Both the position numbers and the translations under genes were made by a program. Below are positions 26,501 to 42,185 of a stretch of 64,000 nt of DNA, piece after piece. Position 1 is the first letter of the stretch; each line of letters starts with the position of its first letter. Origin of the DNA: Convolutriloba macropyga. Its lineage: Eukaryota. The stretch is from the NCBI RefSeq assembly GCF_964194025.1, contig NC_134472.1:20336001-20400000 (forward strand), in the 5' to 3' direction. The notes beneath the pieces were generated by a model. The model was given only the letters and a program-made list of their open reading frames with translations. It made no database searches and had not been told where the DNA came from.

Positions 26501-28958
26501 AAATGAATTTTTAGTTAATGTGGAAAGACTAAAATTAGACAATTTTCTTGTAAGGGTTAGTAGCACTTGATATTGAAATGTTAATTTCTAAAAAATTTGA
26601 GGTCGGGTTGACATGAGAAATGGGGATCGACTAATTTGAGTGCAAAGAAACCGTTTTTGATGTCCGATTAGACTCCACAACAACACCGATGGAACTACCG
26701 CACGTCGTTTTTGCGGAACTTAAAACTGAAATTACTTGTGGAGTACTGGTGGTATCACCGTGATTTTTGGAGGGTTGCTGAATCTTTTTAAGGGCTTTCT
26801 AATTGTCTTATTTTCCGCTTTCCATCGCCGGGGGAAGTTGGTGCTTCGGAATGACTCGAGTGGCGAAAAGCGGATATCAGCCTTTTCGAGCCGCTCATTG
26901 ACTTTGAAATAGTAATTATATTATAACCTGAGACAGTTAGCGACAAAAAATACCCCAACCGGTCATTTTTGAAGAACTCGATTTTTTTCTGGTTTGGGTG
27001 CCCACGATTCGTTAAAAAATGAAAACGCAAACAAATAATGCTAGGAAGATATTTCCGCTGTGCATTTAGTTGATGCCCATCAGTTTCTTATTTTTTTACC
27101 CGAAGTGATTTTACCCCCTAGAACGTGAGATATGAATTTTTGACTTTTCACTGCGGAGCACCCACGAGACATAAGCGCATGCACTGCTCCTGTCCTATTA
27201 AGAGTTAGGTTGTGAAGATTCGTGAGTTGGCGCAACTGTGGATGGACTTGTTTGACATTGGTTATCTTTCTCAAATTTACCCCTCATATAGGACAATTGA
27301 CCCCTGATTGACCCCGAGAGATCAAATTTTTTGGCTTTCTACAAAAACTGATCTTTCCGGCGTGTAAAAAAAACATAGATTTGGTTGAAGTAATTTGAAG
27401 ATTGGGATGAAAATCTTCTCTGAATTTTAAGGGTTGAGTTTAGTTGTTTACTCTGAGTTTGACACGATTTTTGACATGGATTGATAGTTGTTCAGTTGTT
27501 AAGTTGAGTTTAGTTGTTTAACATGGTTTTGACATGGATTGATTGCAGTTAGTTGAAATTGATAGCTGAAATGGAGAGATATGAGCTTTAAAATCAAATG
27601 AATTAAAGCAGAGCAGAATTATTCAGCCAAATTTTTTTTGTGAACCATTTATATGGGATTTTGTGGCCCATTATGCGTTTGATAAACTGTAAAATTGGAC
27701 ATTTTTGCTCCTTTGTCAAAATTTGTATGTTTTATTCAGAGCAAAATTTGATGGTAATCATTTCTATTGATAGTTAAATTGTAGTCGCGTCAACGGGCTA
27801 CTAAATTTTGTTCCCTATTTCATGTAGTTGATTTGCTTCAAAGGCTGAAATGACGATTCCATTCTAAGCTACGTCTGCGCATATAGTTAGATATTGAGAG
27901 ATTTTTAAAAAGAAAAAATTCAGTTAAATATAATTTAAAAATGCAATAGCAACATCAAACGTTCTGTGTGAAGAATGGTATTTAGGTACTTTGAGAGAGC
28001 GATGGACGTGACGTGCCTTCAACCAATTGCAATAACCAAGCTTTTTTTAACATAGAATAATCGATGCTTAAACGTGTGTTAAAAAGCAAAAGATAGCTAA
28101 ATAAAAATCCAAAATCTGACTTCATTCTGAATTTTTTTTTGCATTTTTACAATTAACTGAAAGAATGATTACTGACTACTATTAATTGTTAGTTAGTAAT
28201 TATTTAATGAAAATTCCGTACAATTTTTTTATATTTTTTCCGCAATCATGTTGTAAAGAGACTAAAGATAGACGATTCGATCCATGATGACGCAGTTTAT
28301 TCAGAAACCAACTTCTTTCGGAAATGGAAATCTGATTTTCTGACAACTTTCACAAACTCAATGCCAATAATTGAAAATCAGTCGCAGTTTTTGCTTACCT
28401 CGTGCTTTTGGCAGTGGTGTGGGATGTATAGCTGACTATAATTGTCTTGTTATTGAGTTATGACGGAAGGGGGCTAATTTGATCCTATGATTCTGGAACG
28501 GTTAATTATTAATAATGCAATTATTTTTTTTTCGCATGTCCCTTTACTTTGTTGCTACAGTATTATAGGAAGTTTTATATAGTGAAACTCAAGCGTCAAT
28601 ATTTAATCAATGATTTTTTTAATTCCTCGCAAAACTTGATTTCTTACATCAGCTCATATGTTTCTATTTTAATTTACCGCCAAAACCAAACTGTGCGAAT
28701 TGACAACTGTCAAATCAATCTTATGAGCGGGTTGGACTTTTGGACTTTCTTCCTGATTATGACCTATTTTGCTAACTTTTGTCAGTAATGTCACCCCGAA
28801 TGTCCGATGAACATGTCAAGCTTGCTGACGTACTTGATAATAGATTGCACTAAACTGTGAACCCTAATTAGTATTTGCTTAGAATTTTGTTTGCGCAAAC
28901 AAAACATTGAGTTTGTTCATGCTGAAACAATAAAAACAAACGCCACTTTCCTGACAAA

Positions 28959-29208
28959 ATGAATATACTCACATTTGGTACTTTGGTTATTTTCTTTTTC
29001 AATTCCAGTTTATGTCGAAATTTTAATACTAAATTATTCAAACCCGAATTTCGGAGGTCATTGCAACTGAACCTTGTTAATGGTTACGAATCAGAAAGGA
29101 GGCCATTTTACGTGCGTCTAGTGAAGCGGTGGACAAATGAGTTGATTTGCGGAGGTTCAATCATAAGTTACCGATTTGTATTAACTGCTGCTAAATGCTT
29201 AGAGAGCG
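28959..29208 (+). CDS. Gene B exon 1, secreted trypsin-like serine protease homolog; join(28959..29208,35572..35668,41580..42114), 293 aa
   Basis: Signal-like N-terminus, LVNG, ICGGSIISYRFVLTAAKC (His57->Lys); GTTAGT donor at 29209. Confidence 0.9.
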
Positions 29209-29848
29209 GTTAGTTTCAATAATTAGCGTCATTTTTTGGCGTCAAGACGAATGTCGATATTACACGAAGAAGCTTCACCGCACTTTTGATAACGTACAAA
29301 AAACATTGTTACCATTTTTGCGTTATTTACCGGTATTTTGACGTTTTTTTAAACGTTTTTACCGGTATTAACGTTTTTACCTGTATTTTCGTGAACAGAT
29401 GCTCGAAGCCTTTTCGTTTTAAAGCAGCCTGAACGTTTTTGACCAGTTCCGAATGTAGGAAGCTTTTACGAAAAGATCTGAAAAAACCTGCCGGATCCAA
29501 ATCTTAGAAAAATGTTGTCAACAACAAAACTTCTATACAACATTACAAAAATGTCATTGCGCCTTTAGTTTCCTATAAATTCACTTGTGGTTTAGAAAAC
29601 ATTATGATTGACACAAATATAGTTTATAATCTTGATTGAGCTTTTGAATCTTGTGGTGGGTTGCAGACCACACTGAACGAAAAAAAAACATCGTGTGTTC
29701 CATTTTCTGACTGGCAGTTCAAATAATTTTTGATACACCAACTCATCGAGTTTTTCTTCAGTACTTTGAGAGCGCTCACAAATTAGAGGTAGCTTCAACC
29801 TCAACAAAACAAAACAGAATCTTTCTACCACAACAGGGGCGAAAAATT

Positions 29849-30255
29849 TGTTGAAAGTATAATGTTAATTGTTTAAAGTATGGAAAGATATACGTACCTC
29901 ATCCACGTGCTGATTTACATCTTGGTTATTTATGAAATGAGTGAATGCAACAAGGAGCTAACACGTGCTATTTATACTAGATTTGTCCCCAACTTTTCAT
30001 ATTGTTATAGGTGATATGATGACCCTTGATCTTTTAGAGAAGTAAATTATCAGAGTAAATAGCTAGTTAAGATCGGATGTCATAAGAAGTCAAGGAACTT
30101 ATAAATTAAAGGTGATCACCATGATTGTAAAAGTGCGGTAATTTGGGGTAATAAATATGGACTGAATTTCGTGTTAATTGCCACAGTTGTCAACCATTAT
30201 TTCTAATTTAACTATTCGATTACAAGATTTGTCTCTGCGTTCCCATTAACCAACA
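29849..30255 (+). repeat. Copia 5' LTR (407 bp)
   Basis: Direct repeat of 34791-35187; about 8 substitutions and one 10-bp indel by eye. Confidence 0.95.
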
Positions 30256-30269
30256 GGTTATGGGCCCAG
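30256..30269 (+). promoter_or_regulatory. Primer-binding site GGTTATGGGCCCAG (internal tRNA-iMet, half-tRNA type)
   Basis: Directly follows the 5' LTR, lacks the canonical TGG start, matches the PBS type of Drosophila copia. Confidence 0.85.
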
Positions 30270-31407
30270 ATTTTTTCTAAGTTAAGTAATCAACCCCGAT
30301 CGTAAATAGAAAAACGTTGTTGCTGCGCCTCTTTGCTACATAAGAGGATCGCTGAAACCACTGGGGGAGGAAGACAGAGAAGACAAGGAGAGACAAGCCT
30401 TGTAGTCAAGAAGTGGCCAAGTGAGACCAGAAGAAGCAAGAGTAAGAAGCTTGTGTAACTGGTTGGGGGACTTCAGTTGTGGAGTTGGAAGCTTTTGTAA
30501 GTGGTTGGGGGACTTCACTTAAGAAGTGAGCAGTTTGTGAAGCTGGTTGGGGGACTTCATCTGTTGAGTCGAGAGCTGGTGTACCTGGTCGGGGGACTTC
30601 AATCGTGGAGTGCTAAGTGTGTGTAGCTAAGCAGTGGATTCTGCTTGTGAAGTAAAGAGTGAGTGGAGCTGTTGTGGGGGATCAAAAAGGAGCGCGGAGG
30701 TTCAATTGTATAACAGAGCTGTTGGGGAACCAGGATTGCTTAGTATAGCTGAGAACAGCTCAGCTTAAACAACTGTTTCCTTTTCAATTGTGTGTGCTGT
30801 GCTTCTGTAAGATACAAGTTTGGTCGAAAGACACAAATTTGGTGGTAAAAGATTTCTTAATTAGGACTAGGATTAGGGTTCGAGTACATTATCCTCGGAA
30901 GGTGTTGGTATCCTCATCGTGCTTATTCGCGGCAGAAAAACCCTGGCTCAATGTCAATGTCCTGCTTTCGATTTTGTCAAGGATACTACAGAACTCGAAC
31001 AGAACACCAACTTCTAGATTAATTTAGTCGACCAAACTCTTTTTGCTTAGTGTTTTTTTTTCTAACAAGTGCTACCATATAACAACAAGTGCTAACCTGG
31101 TGGTAAAAAGCATTTTATTGGATACACAAACATAACGACTCACCGCTTCGTCGCCAACACAACCACCAACAGGCAACAGATTCAAACACGCGTAGAAAAG
31201 AAAGGAGTTTTGATCTAAGTCCGAACAAGATTTTTTTGACAGCCGGACCCTTTTCACAAAAGAATATTTACCTAGAGCAGTACTAGCTTAGAAAAACAAA
31301 GGACATAGTTGGGGCATCATAAGTCTTTGGTTCAGTAGGGAACAATTAAAGCTAAAGAGTTAATTTGAGACGAACGGAAATTAAACGAAAGTAAGACAGG
31401 CCTAACA

Positions 31408-34776
<3,369 letters not shown>

Positions 34777-34790
34777 CATGATAGGAGGAG

Positions 34791-35187
34791 TGTTGAAAGT
34801 ATAAAGTTAATTGTTTAAAGTATGGAAAGATATACGTACCTCATCCGCGTGCTGATTTACATCTTGGTTATTTATGAAATGAGTGAATGCAACAAGGTGC
34901 TAATTATACTAGATTTGTCCCCAACTTTTCATATTGTTATAGGTGATTTGATGACCCTTGATCTTTTAGAGAAGTAAATTATCAGAGTAAATAGCTAGTT
35001 AAGATCGGATGTCATAAGAAGTCAAGGAAGTTATAATTTAAAGGTGATCACCATGATTGTAAAAGTGCGGTAATTTGGGGTAATAAATATTGACTGAATT
35101 TCGTGTTAATTGCCACAGTTGTCAACCATTATTTCTAATTTAACTATTCGATTACAAGATTTGTCTCTGCGTTCCCATTAACCGACA
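34791..35187 (+). repeat. Copia 3' LTR (397 bp)
   Basis: Follows the PPT; followed by TSD AAATT. Confidence 0.95.
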
Positions 35188-35571
35188 AAATTAAGATAAA
35201 AAGATGATTTTCGTCTTTCTTCGAAACTATAAAGCCTTTGCAAATACTTAAATACTTTAGTCAACAATTTAAATGTCATTAATCGGATTCTATCAAGAAA
35301 TTTCCGATTTCATTTAGGGTTACTTTGCTGTGCTCAGGTGTTGCGTTTAATTTTCCAATTAAACCCGGCTAAAGTGGCTCCAAAACCTGCCATACACAAA
35401 AATATATAACAAAAGGGAGTTATTAAAGGAACTATGCACGAGGTCTATGAAGGAGAGAGTTATATTTTTCCTCCTACTTGAGATTGAACATAAGACGTTA
35501 CTTCCATTTTGTAGCGTAACCCATTTGGTTTTTGAAAGCGTCTCATCACTTAACTTATACTCTTTTTTCAG

Positions 35572-35668
35572 TTGATTGTAAATCAATTCTGGTTGAAGTT
35601 GGTGATTTTAACGATAGAAGGAGCCCAAAATACAGTCATGGAGTTTCACGAATTGTCACAGCTCCAAG
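35572..35668 (+). CDS. Gene B exon 2
   Basis: TTTTTTCAG acceptor, GTTAGT donor, 97 nt, VDCKSILVEVGDFNDRRSPKYSHGVSRIVTAP. Confidence 0.9.
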
Positions 35669-35703
35669 GTTAGTTACTTTTTAAGCTTTTTAAAGAAATT
35701 ACT

Positions 35704-36219
35704 CCCGGGTTGAGAAATTGCGACGAAATCGAAGCAAGAATTGTCGTTTTTGGTCGACTTTTGTTGATTTTGTCGGTTTTTTATGTAGGAAATCTCGATT
35801 ATCCACGTTTTCGTCGGTATTGTCGGTATTTGATGTAAGAAGTGTCGATTAGCGTAGTTTTCGTCGGTATTGTCGGTTTTGGCAGTAAGAAGTGTCGATT
35901 ATCGTCGTTTTTTGTCGGTATTGTCAGTCTCAATTTGTTTTAAATACAAAAGAAATAGAGTAAAACTAAGTGACAAGTGGTGCAGTGGAGGAGAAGGTGG
36001 CTAGTAATATAGGGGTGCAAGGTTCGAATCCTGGCAGGGACTGTCCGGTTTGTAAGATTTTTAGAATGGCAAAAACCGACGATTCTTACGTTAAAATACC
36101 GACGAAAAGCGATCAAAACGACGAAAAAAACGTAAGGGCTTTGATCGGTTTTGGCGAAGTAAAACCGACGAAAACCGACGATTTCTTATGTTTAAATCCG
36201 AAGAATTTCTCAACACGGG
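35704..36219. mobile_element. 516-bp CMC-type MITE in gene B intron 2
   Basis: 16-bp TIR CCCG(G/T)GTTGAGAAATT with one mismatch; 2-bp TSD CT supported by the empty site at ~53561 in gene C. Confidence 0.9.
35970..36041 (+). other. tRNA-like / Pol III promoter relic inside the MITE
   Basis: A box TGGTGCAGTGG (35978) and B box GGTTCGAATCC (36021); acceptor stem does not pair. Confidence 0.5.
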
Positions 36220-36444
36220 CTCTCATATTTCATATTTCATCGTTTTTCTGATCAGAAGAATAAAAAACATGAATTCATTTTTATTTTGTGAATCGAACAA
36301 ATTTTTAAGCAATCAGTTTTAAGCTTAACTATTAAATATTAATAATTTTCAACGGTGCTTGCATACAGTTTGATGAAAAATGGAACATCAAAAAAACTTT
36401 TACGGATCAATGAGATAATTTAGTAAGTCAGAACTTAAAAACAA

Positions 36445-39111
36445 CAAGGCGGCTCGGTAATGTGCAATGGCACATAAGGTTCCGACCCCGCCCATCCACA
36501 ATTTTGGCATAATTGTCTACCAAATGAGGAACAGATAGAAAAACCCAAAAATTATTTTTTGCGAATCCCAAAAAAGCCCAAGTATTTTTCAAAAAATTCT
36601 GTATGAACGATATGATAACCTCCAAAACAAACAACTCAGTGGAGTACAAATTGATGCATTAGATTGCTGTAATATGTCAATATTAAGAAAGCGAGTCAAA
36701 ACGAACAGCAAAATCAAGCAACAACAACAACAAACAATAATTACATCAAAAAATTTATGTCCCTCTTAAAAACTAAATTTAATAACAAAGTCAACATACC
36801 GTCAGATAAACATGAAACTAAACAAAAATAACTTATAAATCACCAGAAAACATATGCAACCAGTCCATAAAAAGGTTTGGTAACAATTATACAAAAAAGA
36901 ACAAAAACAGAAAAGTAAAAAAAATTAATTTATTTTTTTGAAACAATTAACTTCAAAGTAATATATACCATTAGGAATAAATTAATATTACCACAAATTT
37001 GCGATTACCACTGCTTCTATAGAAGGGCATTAGGACCTGACCTTATTCATTTTTTAAAGCGGCTAAAAAGAACAACAAAGAACAAACAAAATTTCAATTG
37101 AAACTTGCCAGAAAACGCTGTCAAAACCGTCAAGCCAAATTTTGGCACTCAAAATATATTTGATTGCGCCTTCTTCAAAAAGCTATAATGTAGTACGTGG
37201 CCATTCATTAGTAAGACTAGGTAACAAGTAGACAAAAAAGCGAAGTGCTAAAGTATGTAATACTTTTATTTTTTTTTCGAAACAAAATTACATTCAATGT
37301 CATGAAAGGCATTAATTACAAAAAGAGCTATTTAAATATCGTCGTTTTTTCATGAAAAGGAAACCCTCGAGACCTGTAATTATCCAGAATATTTCTTGCA
37401 TCTACAAAAAGAACGTCAAATATGACAAAAAATCAAAGTAATTTAATTTTTTTTTGTGAAAAAGCGGGGTCGAAGCCAGTAAGGTCATAACAAAATCTTT
37501 AAAAAAAGATTTTGGGACACCAATCCCTTTTATTCCCTTGACACCCATAATGTCATATTTGACCTGTAATCAACTAACGAGATTAGGTAACAAAAAGAAA
37601 CATAAAAAGAACAAAATTGCGAAGTTAAAAAAGTTTTTTTTTTTAATTTTGGAAAACGATGGGTTTGAAAGTCATAAAAGCCATCAGCTATCTGCTAATA
37701 TCAGAATATCGGTTTTTCTATTCTTCCATGAAAAGCCAATGAAAGCTATCACTATACAGGAAATTTCATACGACCGAAACGACAAAGTATAAATGACAGT
37801 TAAGACAAAAATTAAAAAATTCAATTGATTTCTTCAAGAAAGAGGCGTCGAGGCCATTAAAACGATGATTTATGTCTTTCAGCATTTTAATATGTTCAAT
37901 TGTGCTTTAATTTGAATGCTAATAAGGTGACATGAGAACTGTCAATAATGTGATAATGTGACAAAATTAGAAAACGTGAAAAACTGGCAAATATCAAAAC
38001 AAACAAAAATCTAAAATCTTGTAGTATCAAAGCCAGAAATCAATAGTTTCAGGCTTAAAACTGCAACCGAGAATAAAGGTTAACTCAGTAGAAAGAAGAA
38101 GCAGTCTTTTTTTGCTGACACTAAGCTGGAAGTTGAACAAATTACGAAAAAAATAGAGGAAAAGTTAATTAAGCCATTATTTATTGAAAAGTCAATTATT
38201 TTTAAAAAAGAAACGACCATAAACTTTCAATTAAAAAACTAAATGCATTAGCCTGGAGCTGTTTAGCAAGCGAATTGGTGGGACCTATCACTCCTGAGCT
38301 TTGATTTGATATGTTCTGTTCTTTATTATTAAAGAAAAGTCTTTTTTTTTTAAAAAAAAAAAGACCGACTGATTACAACCCGATTTTTTTTGGATTGTAA
38401 CAGTCCAAGAATGGCCCAAAACCACCCCTGTTAATACTTATTGTCCGTTAAGAACAATTGATTTTTCGAATGTTGTAGATATAGATAATTTCTGAGTTGA
38501 ATCTCAAAAAAAATTTTGCATTTTTGATAATCAACGAGTAAAGTTAGCAAAAAACGGCAAAGTTTTAACTACAAGGCACTCTCTGCGGATAGAAATAGCC
38601 CCCCTCTGAGTTTAAAAAGATTGTATGAGTGTTGTTTGGGGGTGTACTGTAGGCAAATTTAATCAAAGTGGACTAAAGTAGCTTATTTCGTGCTGTTGTT
38701 GATGAAAAAGGCTAAATTTTGAAATGTTTATCCAGATTTTTTGACCAAAAAATTAAATCAAAACAATCAACAATGCTTGTTCGTCTTCAAAAATAAAATC
38801 AACGACACTATTCTTAAAAATTGTAACAAATTTTAGCAAAATTGACGAAAATTTAGGCAAAAATTCCGGAAAATGTGAATAAAAACAACGTGAATTCACT
38901 CTTCTTTTCTCAGAAGTTTAAGCCTCGATAACTCCATGTAGAAAACGAAAATTAAAAAAATCTTTTTAATTCCATATTCTACGCTGGACGAGCTTTCTAA
39001 TGATACCAGTCTCAACTCTCTACGATGAATATATCGAGCGGCGAAAATTCACGGAACAAAAAAAAACCAGTTGAGTATATAGTTCCTCCCCCCTCAAGAG
39101 GGTCGGAACAA
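36445..39111 (-). mobile_element. Helentron-associated non-autonomous element (HINE/DINE-1-like) in gene B intron 2
   Basis: SubTIRs GTTCCGACCC/GGGTCGGAAC, terminal hairpin, no TSD; empty site at ~57749 in gene C; reverse complement of 50226-53142. Confidence 0.85.
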
Positions 39112-39470
39112 TAAAATTAACAACAGATGCTCCGTAACACATTTTTCTTTTCTATTAATTTTCAATGTTTTCAGTGATTCAGATATTATCATTGTCTGAT
39201 GGAAATACAGATTTATTTTCAAATTTTTACATCTGACGATTTGATGTGCTTCAAATTATCTATTAATTAGTTTTTTACCCTTTATTGTTAGAGCTCCTGT
39301 GTGCACATAAAATTTCCAGGGATGACTTAGTGTAACAACTATGATACTAAATTCATTTTTTTTGTCTGATGGGTTGAGGTCCCAGACGGAAAGTCGATAT
39401 GTCCAGACCCAGATGAACGCACGACGGGGGTGTCGTGCGTTCAAATTTACATGGTCTGGAAACAAGGAAA

Positions 39471-39945
39471 AACGCACGAAAGTCTGATCATGAACGCACG
39501 AATAGTCTGGTGAACGCACGAAAGTCTGATCATGAACGCACGAATAGTCTGGTGAACGCACGAAAGTCTGATCAAGAACGCACGAATAGTCTGGTGAACG
39601 CACGAAAGTCTGATCATGAACGCACGAATAGTCTGGTGAACGCACGAAAGTCTGATCATGAACGCACGAATAGACTGGTGAACGCACGAAAGTCTGATCA
39701 TGAACGCACGAATAGTCTGGTGAACGCACGAAAGTCTGATCATGAACGCACGAATAGTCTGGTGAACGCACGAAAGTCTGATCATGAACGCACGAAAGTC
39801 TGGACATGAACGCACTAAAGGTCTGATGAACGCACAATTTTTTTGTGCGTTCATCAGACTTAAGCGCGTTCATGTCCAGACTTTCGTGCGTTCTTGATCA
39901 GACTTTCGTGCGTTCACCAGACTATTCGTGCGTTCATGATCAGAC
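39471..39945. repeat. 42-bp (20+22) minisatellite with an inverted tail
   Basis: TGAACGCACGAAAGTCTGATCA + TGAACGCACGAATAGTCTGG about 8 times; inverted copies at 39845-39945. Confidence 0.95.
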
Positions 39946-40271
39946 AAAAAACTAACCTTTTATGCTTGTAGATGCCCATTGAAGATGAAGACGCCAGAGG
40001 GTTCCATCAGTCCACAAATCCACATAAAAAGTCTTTTTTTTACGTGAGGTACATGAACATTTTTCTACTAATAGGAGACATGCCTTTTTTTTGCTAGGGT
40101 GAGCAAAATTCAAGGTGTCTAACTATCAGCATTAAGAATAAAATGAACCTCTAATAAGACTTTTTTTGATAATTAAGACTTCTTTTGACACTCATTTAAG
40201 AAAGCTGAAATCAACATAAACATATATCATACATCATAAACACACATCATAGACTCAAACCAAAAGACCGA

Positions 40272-40410
40272 AGCGAGAGACGAGCGAGACAACGCGAGAG
40301 ACGAGCGAGAGAACGCGAGACAACGCGAGAGACGAGCGAGAGAACGCGAGACGAGCGAGAGAACGCGAGACGATAGCGAGAGAACGCGAGACACGAGCGA
40401 GAGACGAAAA
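40272..40410. repeat. GCGAGA-type microsatellite
   Basis: Reiterated GCGAGA/GACGA. Confidence 0.85.
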
Positions 40411-40870
40411 CAAGGGCGAGAGAAAGAGGGGAGGGGGGAGGGAGAGCACCGAAAAATCTTGACGCCCGAAAGGCGTCCCACCCATTTTTAACTCTATATT
40501 TTTGATTTTTTTTTCAAAAAAACCGTACGCAAAACTAACTTTTTTTCTAGACAAGCTATACCAAAAATTCTTTTTGCTTCACACTCTAGATACACATGGG
40601 ATACTCCATACCAAGTTTGGTTCAATTTGGACAACTCCTTGACCCGATGAAATTCTTATATTTTTGAAAATAGAATAAGCGAATAAGTCGAAATTTCCGT
40701 ATGAAAAACTAACTTTTTTCCTAGGCAAGCTATACCGAAAATTCTTTTCGAAAATTTTAGACCAATTATGCTCGTTTTTGGTGGGTATGCTCCACTTTAG
40801 CCACAATTCGTGATAAAATTAAGAATCCGGACTGACCGAACTAATTTGGACAAGTGTTTACCTAGTTCCA

Positions 40871-41327
40871 AAAGTCTGGACATGAACGCACGAAAGTCTG
40901 GTGAACGCACGAAGGTCTGATGAACGCACGAAAGTCTGGTGAACGCACGAAAGTCTGGTGAACGCACGAAAGTCTGTCGAACGCACGAAAGTCTGGACAT
41001 GAACGCACGAAAGTCTGGACATGAACGCACGAAAGTCTGGTGAACGCACAAAAGTCTGGACATAAACGCACGAAAGTCTGGTGAACGCACGAAAGTCTGG
41101 TGAACGCACGAAAGTCTGTCGAACGCACGAAAGTCTGGACATGAACGCACGAAAGTCTGGACATGAACGCACGAAAGTCTGGTGAACGCACGAAAGTCTG
41201 GACATGAACGCACGAAAGTCTGGTGAACGCACGAAAGTCTGGACATAGGCACTTTCCGTCTGGGACGGTCTGGACATAGGCACTTTCCGTCTGGGACGGT
41301 CTGGACATATCGACTTTCCGTCTGGGA
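40871..41327. repeat. 20/22-bp minisatellite and 31-bp TIR-like repeats
   Basis: TGAACGCACGAAAGTCTGG(ACA) about 17 times, then three GTCTGGACAT..ACTTTCCGTCTGGGAC units. Confidence 0.95.
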
Positions 41328-41579
41328 CCTCAACCTGGGAGAAGAAAAGTGTTGCAATTATTTTTTGGATACTACTAATTAATTTAGCTTTTTCCTTTTT
41401 GTTTACTATAGGTTTTCAAATATGGCCATTGATGATCATCGAATATCTATTAAAATCCTTGTTTATGTGTTATAAGATTCGCTGAAAAATTTTATGATTT
41501 AGTGTCATTACTAAGAATGATACTTTTATGGTATTCATCTCAGGGTGATAAACTATCCTATAAAGTTGCGCTTTTTTAG

Positions 41580-42114
41580 CCAATTTCTGCTGGTCAAAAA
41601 CGGAAACAACCTTGCTCTGCTCCAACTCCGCCGACCAATTACGGATTGCATTCGAATTATCAGCATTTGCATCACAGAGAAAGAACACGGAACGCCAGTA
41701 GCTACCTGTGGTCTAGGTTCAACATCTGGCTCCAAATATTCACCGACCAAAAAACTGCGAGAAATTCAGTTAAGAGAAAACAAACTACACAAACCATTCT
41801 CCCCATTTGTAACTGAAAGGCGACAAATTTGTCGAGAAGATTCAGTTTGCACGACTAGAGTGACTCCTGGTGGCAACTCTTGTTTTGGCGATGAAGGGAA
41901 TCCGTTGTACTATCGGAACCCTTGCTTTAACAAAAGCTCTGCGGGTCCCTTTTGTTTATATGGCGTAGCAACAGAATACGATTCAAAGACCAACAATGAA
42001 TCTGAAAAGTGTGCAGGCGGGAGTTCTTTCGCAAGAGTGTCCCATTTTGCAAGATGGATTGATTTCGTACTTTGGCAGGCTGCACCAATGCATTTACCTT
42101 GTGGGATTTTTTAA
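41580..42114 (+). CDS. Gene B exon 3
   Basis: TTTTTTAG acceptor; GNNLALLQL (Asp102->Asn), NSCFGDEGNPL (Ser195->Glu); total CDS 882 nt. Confidence 0.9.
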
Positions 42115-42185
42115 GAGCCATCCGGATCAAGTAATTAGCTATACTAAACTACTGTTTAATACAGTGTACCAACTTTTTAACTCTT

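Larger units (their letters stand above)
39372..41339. mobile_element. Non-autonomous EnSpm/CACTA-type element in gene B intron 2
   Basis: 38-bp perfect TIR (GGTTGAGGTCCCAGACGGAAAGTCGATATGTCCAGACC); right end ...CCTGGG, left tip eroded; empty site at ~58010 in gene C. Confidence 0.85.

Noticed and set aside
35970-36041. Functional tRNA gene
   Set aside because: Acceptor and anticodon stems do not pair; only the A and B boxes remain
39471-41245. CRISPR-like regular repeats
   Set aside because: No unique spacers and no cas genes; these are head-to-tail minisatellites within TIRs in a eukaryotic intron
39256-41357. Repetitive ORFs of 124-205 aa
   Set aside because: Open in several frames only because the repeat unit lacks stops
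41545-41579. ORF-track starts at 41545, 58216 and 4529 as true N-termini
   Set aside because: These are non-ATG starts either in intron sequence (41545, 58216) or inside exon 3 (4529); spliced models explain the frames
42100-42114. C-terminal CGIF (and CCL in gene A) as prenylation motifs
   Set aside because: The proteins have signal-peptide-like N-termini and disulfide-type folds, so they would not meet cytosolic prenyltransferases
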